Positions 26,327 through 39,177 are shown, counted from the whole stretch's first letter. The stretch is 63,690 bases of DNA, filler included, from Rhabdomonas costata (GCA_019059605.1; 44 parts of 44 records of this genome joined end to end with filler, not necessarily neighbours in it), one strand, 5' to 3'. The notes: generated by a model not told the origin, from the sequence alone. Made by a program: numbers and translations.

Positions 26327-26986
26327 ATGGAAGCCATCCGCGAGTATTTTCAATTCACTGGGAATTTGTTTCTGACGGTGGAAGAGCTAATGGATGTGCA
26401 CCCCCACCTCCCGTCGCACATTGCTCGTAGACGCTATGAGGCCCTTCCGCCGCCAGAGCAACTTGTTCGGCTCGTGTGTGCGTCCGAGGAGTTCATCTAC
26501 AACCCGGATATTTCCGTCATTATGTCAAAGAGCGCCGCCATGTGTGGCCACTTTGATTCAGCCACGGTGCCCCCAGATATTACGAATGCCAACGATTTGG
26601 TGAGCCCAGGGAGTTCCGAGCTGGCCCGTGAATCGCTGCCCCCAGAGACCAGTCCCGCAAATGTCCCACTTGACAGGGCAACCCGTGCCTTATCTTCCTC
26701 GCAGTCTTCCAGAAGCCGCTTATGTGGCCCGACGGGAAGGATTCCCAATATTGCGGAGAGGGCTAAAACAGGGCCCATCCTAGGCATTCTGCCCGGTCCT
26801 TCCATCACTGCCTACAACTCTCCTGGCCACTTCTACGACTGGACACCCAGGGGTTCTATAATCAGCAGGGCGCGTTCCTCCAGCTGTCGCGCTGATTCTC
26901 GCAACCCGTTGACGTTAGGGATATCAGGGGTCTCCACAGGATTCAACATCGCAGCCGAACGATCACACCGAAAAAAGATCAGCTAA
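26327..26986 (+). CDS. Hypothetical ORF or first exon
   Basis: ATG at 26327 lies within a 295-codon open frame (MEAIREYFQFTGNLFLTVEELMDVHPHL...), with CACAG just upstream. The true 3' end is unknown. Confidence 0.4.
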   Translation: MEAIREYFQFTGNLFLTVEELMDVHPHLPSHIARRRYEALPPPEQLVRLVCASEEFIYNPDISVIMSKSAAMCGHFDSATVPPDITNANDLVSPGSSELARESLPPETSPANVPLDRATRALSSSQSSRSRLCGPTGRIPNIAERAKTGPILGILPGPSITAYNSPGHFYDWTPRGSIISRARSSSCRADSRNPLTLGISGVSTGFNIAAERSHRKKIS

Positions 26987-27949
26987 ATCCCTGGGATCTT
27001 TTGAATGCTTGTACATGGGGGGGGGGTGAACGCTAAAATTCGGACAGATGCCGCCTTCATACGGGGGTCCACACAGGTTTGTGTAATGATGCTTATTTTC
27101 GGTTTATACTTGCGCTTGTGTATGGCCGGATACATCTCCTCTACAATTCACTTCCTGGTCTCCATGTGGTATGCGTTGTCCCGACGAAAGTATTACGTCG
27201 GCAGCTCATCTTTGTCGATGGCTATCAACTAGTCACAAAATCTGGATACACCACGGCACCTTTGGCAAAGACACAAGCCCATCCACGAGCATTGCAAGCA
27301 TCGCAAACCTCAACCCATGTTCCGACGACATTCAACCTTTACAAACGTACAAACCCATCCACACACTCCCACTCACATTCACATGCGCTGTGCAATGCAA
27401 CGTAGACTACCCAGCCGAGGCGACTTCTCCCCCCCCCCACAANNNNNNNNNNNNNNNNNNNNNNNNNNNNNNNNNNNNNNNNNNNNTTAATTAATTAANN
27501 NNNNNNNNNNNNNNNNNNNNNNNNNNNNNNNNNNNNNNNNNNGTTTTTTCTCCAGAGCTTTTTACTGGGTTAATTGAAAATTGAATGTCGCTTGCACACG
27601 GGTCCTTGGGTCGATCCACCACAAGAGTGTGTTTCGATAAGGTGGACGCCTCCCTCATTTCGCGGCCTGATCTGTTCCTCTCCTTGGCTGAAAAGCTCAG
27701 TGTTCCGGTATGACAATGGCTGGTTTTGTTCCAATAACGAAGCGAGGTACGAGTGTAGTGTGGTGTAGGGTTTAGTATACGAGGAAAAGTGTCCGTGTGT
27801 GTGTGTCTGTGTGCAGACTTTTTTTTGCGCGAAGTAGTAGGCGTTTCAAGCCTCCGTAGAGCCTTCAAGCCCCAGGTTTGTGGGAGTGGGCTATCGAATG
27901 CAAAAATTCCGGGGCAAAAATTCGACGATTTAATTTTTTCGATCTGTGT

Positions 27950-28520
27950 ACTCATAAAATTTTACTTTTGGGGCCTGCGGACATTGCCGAATCTTTTTTC
28001 GGAAAAAACGCCAAAAAAAATCGCATTTTGGACTATAAACGAAGTGGACTTCGAGTCCAGTCAGGAAAAGGTGATCTATCACCCCATTTTTGGCCGAAAT
28101 TGAGTCTTTTTGGAGGCCTGCTCCGTAGTACCTTGGAAGGGTCGAAAATGTGGTGTCCAGGGTGAAAAGTCGACCCCGGGGTAATCGACCAGGTTGGTTT
28201 TTGAGTTCGGAGATGGTGAAAACGCGGATTTTTGTGCAGATTTGAGGTTTTTCTGAGGCGGCGGATTTTTGAGGCGAATTCCATTGAAAAGGGGTTTTTT
28301 GCCGCAAAAAGGGCTCGAAAAGGGGTCAAAATGAACGAAATTCCACCCCTTTAGCATAGTACAGAAACGGCACGCCGAAGATAGCGTGGAGTGATTTCAA
28401 GCATTGAGAGTCTGGGAACGCGTCAATGGCCGCAAACCAGGGTCCGGGTAAGTGTAAACCACGGGGCCCCTCTTAGGGAGAGGGGTCGGGGATGACGAAA
28501 AACGCGTTTTTATGCGGATG
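27950..28520 (+). repeat. Dispersed repeat family A, copy 2
   Basis: Shares the core GGGTGAAAAGTCGACCCCGGGGTAATCGACC. GAAAAGGTGATCTATCACCCC (near 28065) matches the reverse complement of 46272-46295. Boundaries are approximate. Confidence 0.7.
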
Positions 28521-29021
28521 AGGAATGACGTTGGTTCAGGTTCTTGTGTGCGGTTTTGCGGTTTTGCGCCATTTTCACCGAAAAACGGGCGTTTTTTTGC
28601 GTGAAAGGGGGCGTGAAAAAGTGCATATGTGAATTTCAGCCCCTTAGCAAAGTTTTCCTTGCGCTGGCAGAGCGGGAGAGGGGAGAGTAAGTGTGAACCA
28701 TAGTGCGATAAGCAGCTGCCTAGCGCCAGCGCCTGCGCGCAGTGCCCTTTCTTGTCGTTTTGTGTACAGCTTCCCTGAAATAGATGCGTTTTTGAATGTT
28801 GATGTTTTTTCTCAGGCAAGCGATGTATCTGCGCCTGAGGGCGGCAACATTCAAAAACGCATCTATTTCAGGGAAGCTGTACACAAAACCANNNNNNNNN
28901 NNNNNNNNNNNNNNNNNNNNNNNNNNNNNNNNNNNTTAATTAATTAANNNNNNNNNNNNNNNNNNNNNNNNNNNNNNNNNNNNNNNNNNNNGTGTTGGGT
29001 GTGGTTGGGGGGTGTGGTTAC

Positions 29022-30036
29022 GCAGAGCCACGGCGGGGCCCGCGGCAGGGGACTGGAGGGAGGAGGACAGGGACAGGGAGGAGCGCGCGCTGCCGCTGCC
29101 GGAGGGGCTGTCTGGGCCGGAGGAGGAGTAGGAGCTGGTTCCAAGGGCACTGGGACGGGGCAAGGTGTGGTCCACGGTCACCCGAGGAATCTGAGGAGGA
29201 AGTGGGACAGACAGAAGCACGAAAAGTGAAAAGTGAGGGCGTGAAGTTACTATCATGTGCACGTCTGTTGTCACATGGAGGCGGCTGAACAGCATCGTCT
29301 TTCTGGCGACTTGGCAAGGAAGAACAAAAAACAAAGCAGGATGTTTGATGCACCCAAGGCCTTTTCTGCTCAGTGCCGAATAGATAAGCACTGAAGCACA
29401 TGTAATAAGGGCCTATGCTGGAATTCCTGACTTGGCCAATGAGAGAGTCATTGAAAACCCGAAAGGCTAAGGGGAGCAAACCCAATGTTATTAACGGCAA
29501 AGCTACAAAAGAAGTACCCAGCACCCAGGTGTGTGTTTACCGAGGAGACAAGTACAACTTACCGCGTGACTTTGCACAGGGGATCCGATAAGCTCTCCTG
29601 CAGGTCGGGCTGTCCGACTGGACTCCTTCCGGCTCGACGGCGGCCCTCGCGGTCCCCCTGTGGCATCCTGCTTCAACACAAGCTTCGGCTTCCTCGCCGA
29701 GGGGAGGGGTGACTGGGGAGGCGGCGTCGCAGCCTCTGAGAACACGCTACTCTCCCTGCGCTGCCGCAGCAGAGAGGTCAGCACACTCTCCGCAGTGGCC
29801 AGGATGTGGCGCTGGGAGCGCGTGAGGAGGTCGGGGGGCTGCTGCTCCAGGTTCATCAGGTCCAGCCACCGTGCCTTGCTGGAGCGCAGTACCCAGAAGA
29901 AGGCCGGCACGTTTGCCCGGAAGGGGTGAAGGGCCCAGTCCGATTTAGTGGGAGCCCGGGTGGGGTGGCAGAAGTTGGCCTCTTCCGGAGACTTCGGGGT
30001 GGGCGGGCCTTCACGAAGCTGCTGGTAGTACTCCAC
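29022..30036 (-). CDS. Hypothetical protein, exons 30036-29563 and 29190-29022
   Basis: 474-nt phase 0-0 exon with donor GTAAGT. Joins in frame to a Ser-rich exon after acceptor CCTCCTCAG. No family recognised. Confidence 0.6.
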
Positions 30037-31389
30037 CTGAAGGCACCAAAACCCGAACTGTGGGGGATCTTGGTAGCCGGCCTTCCTTTCGAATTCACAA
30101 GGGTTCAAACAAGGTTCGATTGTAATTGCACGACATAAAGAACCCCAAGAACGGAAAATAGGATTTTCGGATTTGAACCGAAGCAGATTGAGGAACATAC
30201 TCCAGTACCAACTCGAACCTTACTATGTAAAGTCGACACACGACGATACCACCCGCTGGACAGGTCCCACATTGGAAATTCGTGTGACAATGAGGCAGGC
30301 AGGCAGTGGAGACAGCATACCTATCTACCCACCAACAACANNNNNNNNNNNNNNNNNNNNNNNNNNNNNNNNNNNNNNNNNNNNTTAATTAATTAANNNN
30401 NNNNNNNNNNNNNNNNNNNNNNNNNNNNNNNNNNNNNNNNTGGGGGGGTTGTGAAGTCGGGTGAGGAATCCACAGACCACACCGCTTCCAGCATGACGTA
30501 CCTGGTGAGGCACCCGACACGGGCACACTACACTCCCATTTTTCGTTTAATAGCTAGTCACGGTCCCACTGCTTGCTAGACCACTTTGACCCTGGCAGCC
30601 AAATCTCACGTTATTTGGGGAAATAGTATACTCGAGCAACTCAATGCAAAAGGCCATGAACTCTCTTTAAGAACGGCAACCCGTGTACACCCACACAAAC
30701 TCCTTGCTCATCCACGGTAAAGAAAAACTTGCAGTTCGGAGGTGCTACGACCAGAACCAAACGTTAAAAAATGAAGCCCCCAATAAAAAGCAAATAAACC
30801 CAAAAATGTAAGTCAAGATAAAGTCCTATGGCAATAACTTGAAAGTCCAAATTCGGTGGCTGACAATGCGGGGGAAAAAACGGGAATAAGAGCGGGAACA
30901 ACAAACCCTGAAAACAAGCTTTTCTCCAAACAAGGCAAGCAAAATATACAAGCTGGAGAAGAGGGAGGAAGCAGTACAGGTGGGAGCTGTCGTCCATAAT
31001 ATTCTAAAATTTAAAGCTCGTCAAAAACTCCAAAAAGACGTCAACTGCAGTGTTCAAAGCTTCAAAGGATTCACCGAGAACCCAAAACACGATAACAACG
31101 ACCGAAATACGACAGAATACGGCAGACAAAATGTTGATAGCGAGCCATCGTCTGTTTGTCTGCGAACGTTGCTGTGAATCAACGTACTATGCAATGACAT
31201 TCGCCGATCACAAGGCACTGACCTCATCGCACACCGCTTTGCTTTTTTGAAAGCAACATTCAAGCAGGAGGCGGGTTTCTGCTTCAGTTTCTCCCTCGGC
31301 GTGCTGCTAATACTCTTCTGAAAATGAAAAGGCCTTTCACGTAACTTTTCATGTGCCAGACCGGCTCTCTTTGACACACTTTCTTTTAG

Positions 31390-31727
31390 GTGCTGGCTCA
31401 CCACCAGCTGGGGACCATCTACCACGATGGTCTGGCGAACCAGCCTGTGAACTGCCCCTTGGCCGTCAAGTACTATCAAGGGGTGGCTGAAAAAGGTTCG
31501 CCGGGTGCGCTTTCATCTGACACTGCGCTGCTTGGTCTGTCATCTGGGAGTGCCTCATGTCGAGTTATCTGCTTTGGTGTTGGGTTTGAATGCTTATTGT
31601 TGGTGGGCAGGCCATGGCCCTGTGTCCCACAGGCTTCTGGATGAAGATGTTCGAGGAAGCCTTCGAGGCTTACTTGGGAGGGGATGCCACCACCGCCTTC
31701 TTGTTGTACACTATTCTGGCGGAGCAG
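31390..31727 (+). CDS. SEL1L: SEL1L/Hrd3 ERAD component, exons 31390-31495 and 31633-31727
   Basis: VLAHHQLGTIYHDG...CPLAVKYYQGVAEK-G-FWMKMFEEAFEAYLGGDATTAFLLYTILAEQ matches the SEL1L C..AV..FK.V.ERG.W...A...Y..GD...A...Y..LAEQG segment. Confidence 0.88.
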
Positions 31728-32741
31728 GCAAGCTTGCCTTATCTTTCCCCACTCCGATGTGCACCCCCCCCCCCAAACACACCCACCACNNNNNNNNNNN
31801 NNNNNNNNNNNNNNNNNNNNNNNNNNNNNNNNNTTAATTAATTAANNNNNNNNNNNNNNNNNNNNNNNNNNNNNNNNNNNNNNNNNNNNGTGGTGTGTGT
31901 ACCATATCACTTCAATGGGAAATAGAACCCATGAGAAAATTCGGCTGCAGGGAATCGCAGTTTAAAGAGAGAAAACCAACGCACACGAGGGTGCAGGGTG
32001 CAGGGTTGAGTACACTTAAGCACAGGTGCAGTGTACTACGGTCTTCGTCTTTTCGTTCGAGTGCGACTGTGGGGCTCGGGGCTTTTCGTGCGACCCTTCT
32101 CATTTTGAATTCGGAGGATTATTCGGGTTTTGCGTGCGAGGTACGGAGTGAACCCGCAAGGGGTGGGTGCGAGGCTGAAACTCCCCCCCCTCCCCCGTGA
32201 ACGGTGGCGTTGCCCCAGAAGGGCGATGAATCGTTCCCAGGAGTTTGCAGTACTAAAGGGACAAAGGGGGGGGGGCAGTTTCAGCTTAACCCCAAGGGGT
32301 GAGAGAGAGCGAGAGAGAGAGTGTGTGTGCGTGTGTGGCCAACGGGAACAGGGAATCGGTACACGGGAGAGAATCCACAAAGTTGGGATGCCCGGGATTG
32401 AGACGGGATTGGACGCCATCATGGCGTTGGGCTGAATGGTGCCATGACCCGCTGCTGTATTGACCACCGCTTTCACCATGCGGCGCAATACAAAAGGGCC
32501 TTGACAAATAGCGTTGCACCGCCCCATATGGACGTTACACGCTCGATATGGTGGACGCGGAACACACGTCCATGGTCCGGATGGTGATACCCATCCGTAG
32601 GGTCCGTGGACGTCCACCACCCCATGCTTCGGCCCAAAACACAGAATCATGCATGGAGCGTGCGTTTGTGTGCCATCAAAGGGGAGAAGGAAAGGAGTGG
32701 AGGGGTGGGGCTGGGTGTAAGGCAAGAAAGGAGGCACACAC

Positions 32742-32975
32742 CGTATCGCCCTCGTCGAAGGCGTACACCAGGGTCTCCGTGATGCGCTCGTCCTCGTGCA
32801 GATTGACGAAGAAGGGCCGCTTCTCGTCTTCCTTGCGCACCGTGGAGGCCCCGCCCAGGGCGCGGCTCCAGTCCCCCGTGATCTTCTGCCCCCGCGCCGC
32901 GCGCTGCTCCGCCGTCTCCGACAGCATCCGCAGCTTCTCCTCCATCTCATGCTTCAACTTGGACTCCGCCTCGGC
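32742..32975 (-). CDS. Exon of a kinesin-3 family protein (coiled coil to start of FHA)
   Basis: 234-nt phase 0-0 exon. EEKL...E..R...PFFVNLHEDERITETLVYAFDEGDT resembles the kinesin-3 motif PHLVNLNEDP.MSE.LLY....G.T. Confidence 0.78.
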
Positions 32976-33379
32976 CTAGTTGAGAGCAAGCATGGGACAA
33001 GTATGGTCCCGGTGGAGGCCCCTACTTCCGCGCCAATATGCAAAATGGACCCGGATGCATGTCCGCGTTGTGTGCACGTATAATGGATGTAACCGGAGCT
33101 ATTATATATCTGATGTTTCATCTTGCAAAAGTTCCCGGGTCTGTTCAACACGATAAAAATCTGGAGGACGCAGTGACGTGCTGGTAATCCGGCCGAAGGG
33201 ACGGACTATCTTTAACGAGATGCCCACAAAACNNNNNNNNNNNNNNNNNNNNNNNNNNNNNNNNNNNNNNNNNNNNTTAATTAATTAANNNNNNNNNNNN
33301 NNNNNNNNNNNNNNNNNNNNNNNNNNNNNNNNGTGTGGTGTGAACTGGGGACAAGTTGGGTAACTGGGTTGTGGTCCAG

Positions 33380-33696
33380 GCGACCTCTCCTCGTTTGGCT
33401 CGTTGGGAAGCCTTCTGGGGAACCCTGCCAGGCTGCTTTCCTTGCTGTCCTGGGTGCTCTGGGCTGGGGTCCGGGCTGCGGCCATGGCGGTGGGATTTGT
33501 AATTTGCGCGGTCTTCCTGTACTTCGCCTACGGGGGCTCGGGGGTGCGCGAGTACCTCGCTCCCTCAGCGGGTCCTGTGATGCTCTCGCTGGCCGGACTC
33601 GCGTGTGCAGTTCACTGTGCCGAGGCAGGGTCCTCGAGATACCGAGTGCACAGGGACCGCCGGCTGAGGGAGGGAATATTAGACCGCGCTCCGGAG
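33380..33696 (+). CDS. Exon of a hypothetical membrane protein
   Basis: AG/GT-bounded open frame with hydrophobic segments (LLSLLSWVLWAGVRAAAMAVGFVICAVFLYFAY). Confidence 0.45.
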
Positions 33697-33817
33697 GTGG
33701 ATTAGCCCCCTTCTCTGTCTCCACTGAAGCAGGCTGGGTGTACAGCGACCGGTGTGGTGTACATATGTGTGTGCGATCCACTGGGAGGCCATTGTGGGAC
33801 CTGAGGATGGTCCCTAT

Positions 33818-33818
<1 letters not shown>

Positions 33819-33852
<34 letters not shown>
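33819..33852. repeat. (GT)n microsatellite
   Basis: Perfect run of about 17 units. Confidence 0.95.
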
Positions 33853-33854
<2 letters not shown>

Positions 33855-35090
33855 CTGCAAGGATGTGTTGGCGATTGCTGAACTAGGTTTATGTAGATAG
33901 CTGCCGTTTAGAGGCCGCTGGTCAAGAGAGGAGGAGGAAAGATGGGGCGACCCAGACCGGGCGTTTCCTTCGAGCTGGTGTTGCGTGCGGAGAGGGAAGC
34001 GTGTTATTTTTGCTTCCTGTGCTTCATTTCACTGTTGTGAGATTTCCCCCTGAGTCGAGATGACCTCAAGTGATCGCTGTGCTTTGTGTAATTGCTGAAA
34101 ATGGGATTTTTTGGCTTCTTTTTGGCGCAACGCGCTGCCAGTTTGCAACTGCAGATAAACTTTTTGCAACGCCGTTGCAAGTACAACTCCAAAGCCGATT
34201 TGCTGTATTGCAAGTTCAAATTGCGCAATTCCCTTCATATTTCCACATACACTTTCACGGATTAGTGCTTTCGAGTTTCCCTTTCAGGTCTTTGGCGTTT
34301 AACCGTGTTGCTGTGCGCCGAAGTGGCTATTTCTATTTGGTTTTATTGAAAAAGAGCGTCACGACCGTCCCTTGCGGTTTCGCTGCAGCCTTTTTTCGAA
34401 TGCTTTCTGCCACCCGAAAGTAGACTTTATGCTTCGCATCTTCAGGCATGTATATTGTGGTTTTGTTCTCAATGCTTGGCATCCTTGCAGTCATCGCGAG
34501 CCAGAAGTTATGCCACCACAGTCTTCCGCAGGTTTTCCGAGCAAACTGGGCCCGTCCGCTTTTGCGGCGCGTCACCGGTCTCCTGGGAGTCTCAGCTCAG
34601 GAGGTTCGCACTCATACCCCAGACGCCTGGACAAACAGACCTCACCCAGCTCTCGCCGCACAGCTCCCAGCGATTGCCCGACAGATCGCCCTGNNNNNNN
34701 NNNNNNNNNNNNNNNNNNNNNNNNNNNNNNNNNNNNNTTAATTAATTAANNNNNNNNNNNNNNNNNNNNNNNNNNNNNNNNNNNNNNNNNNNNGGTTGTG
34801 TGGGTCGTATACCGTAGGGAAGAAAGGTAAACACTAAAAGATGAGAAAGAAGAAAGTTGCACAAAAACAAAGATGACAAAGTTATCTGAGCTGTCCACCC
34901 TGAGGCACACATGTCCAGCAGCCACAGTCTCTGCAACACTGTCACTGGTGAGTGGTCTCTGCAGAGAAAGAGCCTTTTTGGTGCCATGTCAACACAGTTC
35001 GGCAATTCTGTGTGCCTCCCCTATTGACTGGACAGGTCCCAATGTCAACGTTTCCAATGTCGCCAAAAAAGGACCCGCACACGTAGGGAC

Positions 35091-36075
35091 CTGCATCAGC
35101 ATGCGCTGGTCAAGCTCGAGCTCGTCTGCAGATAGGTTCGAGGGGGCGGGCCCCACACCCCCCTCCGGGGGAGCCACAGGTGATCTGGAAACAAAAACAG
35201 GGTACAGCGGAAAAGCCCGGCAGCCGGTGAAAGACAAAAGAGGGTGGGGTGAGATGGAGGGAAGAGCGGTGCAAGCCCAGCGAAGCAATCAGCTGTTTTA
35301 CCGAAACTTTGGAGAGAGAGCGGTGATGATGATGAAAGAAGGTACCGTCAACGTAAAACAAAATTTAAAAATTTGAGAAGATGAGCAAAAAAAAAAGTTG
35401 AGCAGGGCTTTTTTCACTTATCTTTTCATAACGGTATGTCTTCTGTCAGGTGTCTGGAACAAAATGGGGTCACGCAGCTTTCAGGAAAAAACAATTCCAA
35501 TTAAACCAATCGAAACATATCTGCTTCGGCACTCCTTTGAGAGGGCCTCATTTTTATATCTACTTTATCTAGATTCATTTGGACGAAGGCAGGCCGGGCT
35601 GTTCGCCACTGGACAGTCCAGTCGAGACGAGTCGAGTTGGACTCGTGTCGAATTTTTTTGGCAGGGTGGGGAAAAACGACTGTCAACCCAAAACGAGAAC
35701 TTCACAGGAGGCAGAAAAAAGAGTTTTGAAAGGATGCTGCTATGTGCTCGAATTTCAAGCGGCGCAGTCTGGTTGCAATGCCCAATCAAAAGTCTAAATC
35801 TTGTAGGCAGCACGTTTTCATGCCCTGTTTTTACTTTCTTTCGGGGAAAACGTGGAGTGAATTCCGCATCCTGGTTGAGGAGTATGATTTTCCGAGAAGA
35901 AAACACAGGTCGACAGGAGGAGGAGGGGGTGGGGGCACAACTGGGGCAAGGTTCGGTGCGGTGCATGCTGCTGGAGCTGCTTCTCTCTTTTCTCTCTCAG
36001 TCGCTTCTCGTCACGCTCCTTCTCCTCTCTTTCCATTTGCAGCTGCAGGGAGATCACCCGCTGCTCCTCCTGAGC
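35091..36075 (-). CDS. Possible exons of a coiled-coil protein (about 36075-35975 and 35184-35091)
   Basis: EEQRVISLQLQMEREEKERDEKRLREKREKQLQQ and SPVAPPEGGVGPAPSNLSADELELDQRMLMQ (the latter AG/GT bounded). The join was not established. Confidence 0.35.
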
Positions 36076-36585
36076 AGAGAAAAAAACAAGCGTACCACTC
36101 TGTCCCCAAATCAAATGCAAAACACCCCCCCCTCCAGCAACCNNNNNNNNNNNNNNNNNNNNNNNNNNNNNNNNNNNNNNNNNNNNTTAATTAATTAANN
36201 NNNNNNNNNNNNNNNNNNNNNNNNNNNNNNNNNNNNNNNNNNGCACCCCTTTATTTGGTGGGGGACTGAGTATGTAGAAAGATCAAAGCCACCACCTCTG
36301 CCGCCACTGGATATAAAACCAACTGTTCCCGTTCCACCCAAGGGGTGAAACCCCTACAGATAAAAACACCGAGTGACTGAGTGACTGTAGATGCATTCTG
36401 GTTTTTGGTTTCTTATTAGGCACTAGGAGGAGGACATTAGGAATTAGGAGACCGAACACGCAGAGGTAACCGTTTTGACTAACGTCTTGATTTCGGACCC
36501 GACTGTAAACTGTCGCAGTGGGAGTGAGTACCACGGACAACCATTTCTGCGAAAGAGGGGGCTCCCAGCCGACACAGCGCCACAC

Positions 36586-37114
36586 CAAAGAGCCATCACT
36601 GCGTCTCCAATGAACTTGTCCACAATACCTGCAGCAAAATAATGATAGGGATCACACACGCCCGTCATGAATTTAAGAACACCCCCCCCCCAGTGAGCTT
36701 ACGTCGGTGAGTTTTCTCCTCGCTTTCAAGGAAATGCTCCCACCAAACAGGTATGAGGAAGTGCAAGAAGTGTTTGCGTGCGCTTTGCGCAACGTAGGGT
36801 TACCAAAGACAGAAGAATGCGCAAAGGTGCCACAACAACACGACAAGGTGCGACAGCGACAGCGGACACGGTAAACGAGAGGATGGCCGGTTCAGATGAA
36901 ACACCCACGATAGGAATCGGTGGGTGCGAGATAAGTGCACGGGCCAAGGACCGTTGGTCTGGTGCACTGCCCCGCAGACCATCGCCAGGTACTCATTCAT
37001 CAGCACGGACAGCACAGTGGGCCCCACCAGCTCGCACATGTGCGTGAACTCGGCGATGTCCAGGAACATGATCGTCACCGCGGCCGGCTTCATCCCCAGG
37101 CTCACCATCTCTTT
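36586..37114 (-). CDS. Class III adenylate cyclase catalytic domain, exons 37114-36952 and 36628-36586
   Basis: VTIMFLDIAEFTHMCE...LMNEYL...N-G-IVDKFIGDAVMALW has both metal-binding Asp residues and the Lys typical of ATP specificity. The phase-1 join is in frame. Confidence 0.93.
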
Positions 37115-37899
37115 CTGAGGGCACAATACCAATCACAACCAGAATGGAACACTGTCACACCAGAAAAAACCGACAGAGGCAGTGTCTGTGTTGGGTGCAA
37201 AGTTGAGCTCCAGACCTCAAATGGGCCATTGTAGTTCCCCGCCAACCAAACAAAGTGCCGGTACAAAGCAATGGCAAACCCAAACAGTACACACAATCAC
37301 AAAACAGCCCCAGAGCACCACGCACACAGCATCCGCGAAGACACATAGACACTAGTGACAGGACTATGGCGCCGGACCGAAGACCATGCGCACGCATATG
37401 AGGGTACGCCCGAAACCGAATCTACACACGAACCCACCATGTCAGAAAACATGACATCAAACCAACGTATCTGCATCGACAACAACAGACACACCCGCCT
37501 TCCACTTTCCTTCTTCCACTTTCGCCATTGCATCTTTGCACCCTTTGGGTGGCAATACCTCTGCCAGGAGCTGGCTCACCACAAAANNNNNNNNNNNNNN
37601 NNNNNNNNNNNNNNNNNNNNNNNNNNNNNNTTAATTAATTAANNNNNNNNNNNNNNNNNNNNNNNNNNNNNNNNNNNNNNNNNNNNTTTGTTTGTGTATG
37701 TATAATACTCGTCTTCGTGAAGCATGACATGAATCTGCACCAACTGTGGATGAGAAGAACACACCAGCTGGCGCATCAGCACAACAGTCTGTGGACAGGC
37801 TCACACACAATACAAACCTCACACATCTGGATTTAACGCAACGCTGTGGAAACACACCACAAACGCTCTGGAAACACGACACACACTCTCACATCACAC

Positions 37900-39036
37900 A
37901 CCATCATAGCTCTGATTCACAACCATAACCCTGCCTCTTCACCTCTGGATCTTCAATTGTGTGGGGGTCCAAAATATCTATGGTACTTTGAAAGGAGGTT
38001 TTCTTCCTTTCCTGGCCTCTCTGGAATGTGTCTTCGCTCGTCTAAGGCAAAATGCCTGACAAACGTCGGGTACCAAGCCTCTCAAAGAGAAACTCGAAAG
38101 CACTCGGTAGCTTATTCAGAACTCTCCACACAACCCACGCACGCTGTGGATTCTCCCCTCTCAACCCACCAACGCTGTGGAGCATCACCCCTCACCCACA
38201 CACTCTCTCACACCGCTCCTAAGGATGGTTGGCTCTCTCTCAGCTGTGGATTTGGCACTCCACGGGCGCAGTACCTGGGTCTCGCTGTGGAAGTATCTCG
38301 AGGGGGGGAACTTCTCTCCCTCCTCTTCTTTCTTAGGCGAGTTGTTCCTTGCTCCTGAAAGTGAAAACAAAGGTACAAACACACAGGACAAAGCATCAAA
38401 AACTCTTCTCCTGCCCATCTGATAACAACTTCTACTCCACTTACCCACTTGTGTATAACCCACTCTAACCTCCTATGTGGATAACCCAATGACTACACTC
38501 TACACTCCATCAGTCTCATTTCCAACCACGTAGGAAAATTGTGGACAACCGCGGCCTTTCATGTGTATCCTAAATACAATCTCACACTCCACCTCTGGCA
38601 TCTGATCGTCAGCTCTTTCAGCAAAGGATATCAGGGGGCTTCAACCCACTCTGGTGTCACCAAAAGCAGCCGAGATCGTTCTCGACAGACCTTTGCCAAA
38701 ACATGTGGAATGAGGCTCCAGGGATTGTTGGCGTACAGACACACATCTGGGCTCTATCTGTAGGCAAACGCATTGCAGCTCATTGCCTCCCTATCCCACT
38801 CGTCAACTGTAAAATACCGCGGCATCTGATGGTGCTCTGCCGACGCAAACAAATCGATACAAAGAGTCACCAACAAATTGTATCACATTGCTATAAAAAT
38901 CGTAGGTTATAACTTCACTTCCTCTTCCAGCCCAAAATCTGGACGTATAGCATTTCCAGCAATGGGACGCAACATTACCTCTCCATACATATCCTCTTGG
39001 GAGTTCTCCTCATCCGTCTCATTCTGTGGAGAATCC
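37900..39036 (+). mobile_element. Possible degraded non-LTR retrotransposon fragment
   Basis: Broken reading frames without clear splice structure. LSHTAPKDGWLSL resembles the post-RT L..P...GGLGL motif. Weak. Confidence 0.2.
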
Positions 39037-39177
39037 NNNNNNNNNNNNNNNNNNNNNNNNNNNNNNNNNNNNNNNNNNNNTTAATTAATTAANNNNNNNN
39101 NNNNNNNNNNNNNNNNNNNNNNNNNNNNNNNNNNNNTGTGTGTGGTGGTGGAGAGTACGAACTACCACATCTAGGGA

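Noticed and set aside
32036..32950. 304-aa minus-strand ORF
   Set aside because: It is the wrong frame over the kinesin exon and reads through intronic low-complexity sequence.
35398..36198. 266-aa plus-strand ORF
   Set aside because: No protein-like features, it runs into N, and it is probably antisense to coiled-coil exons.
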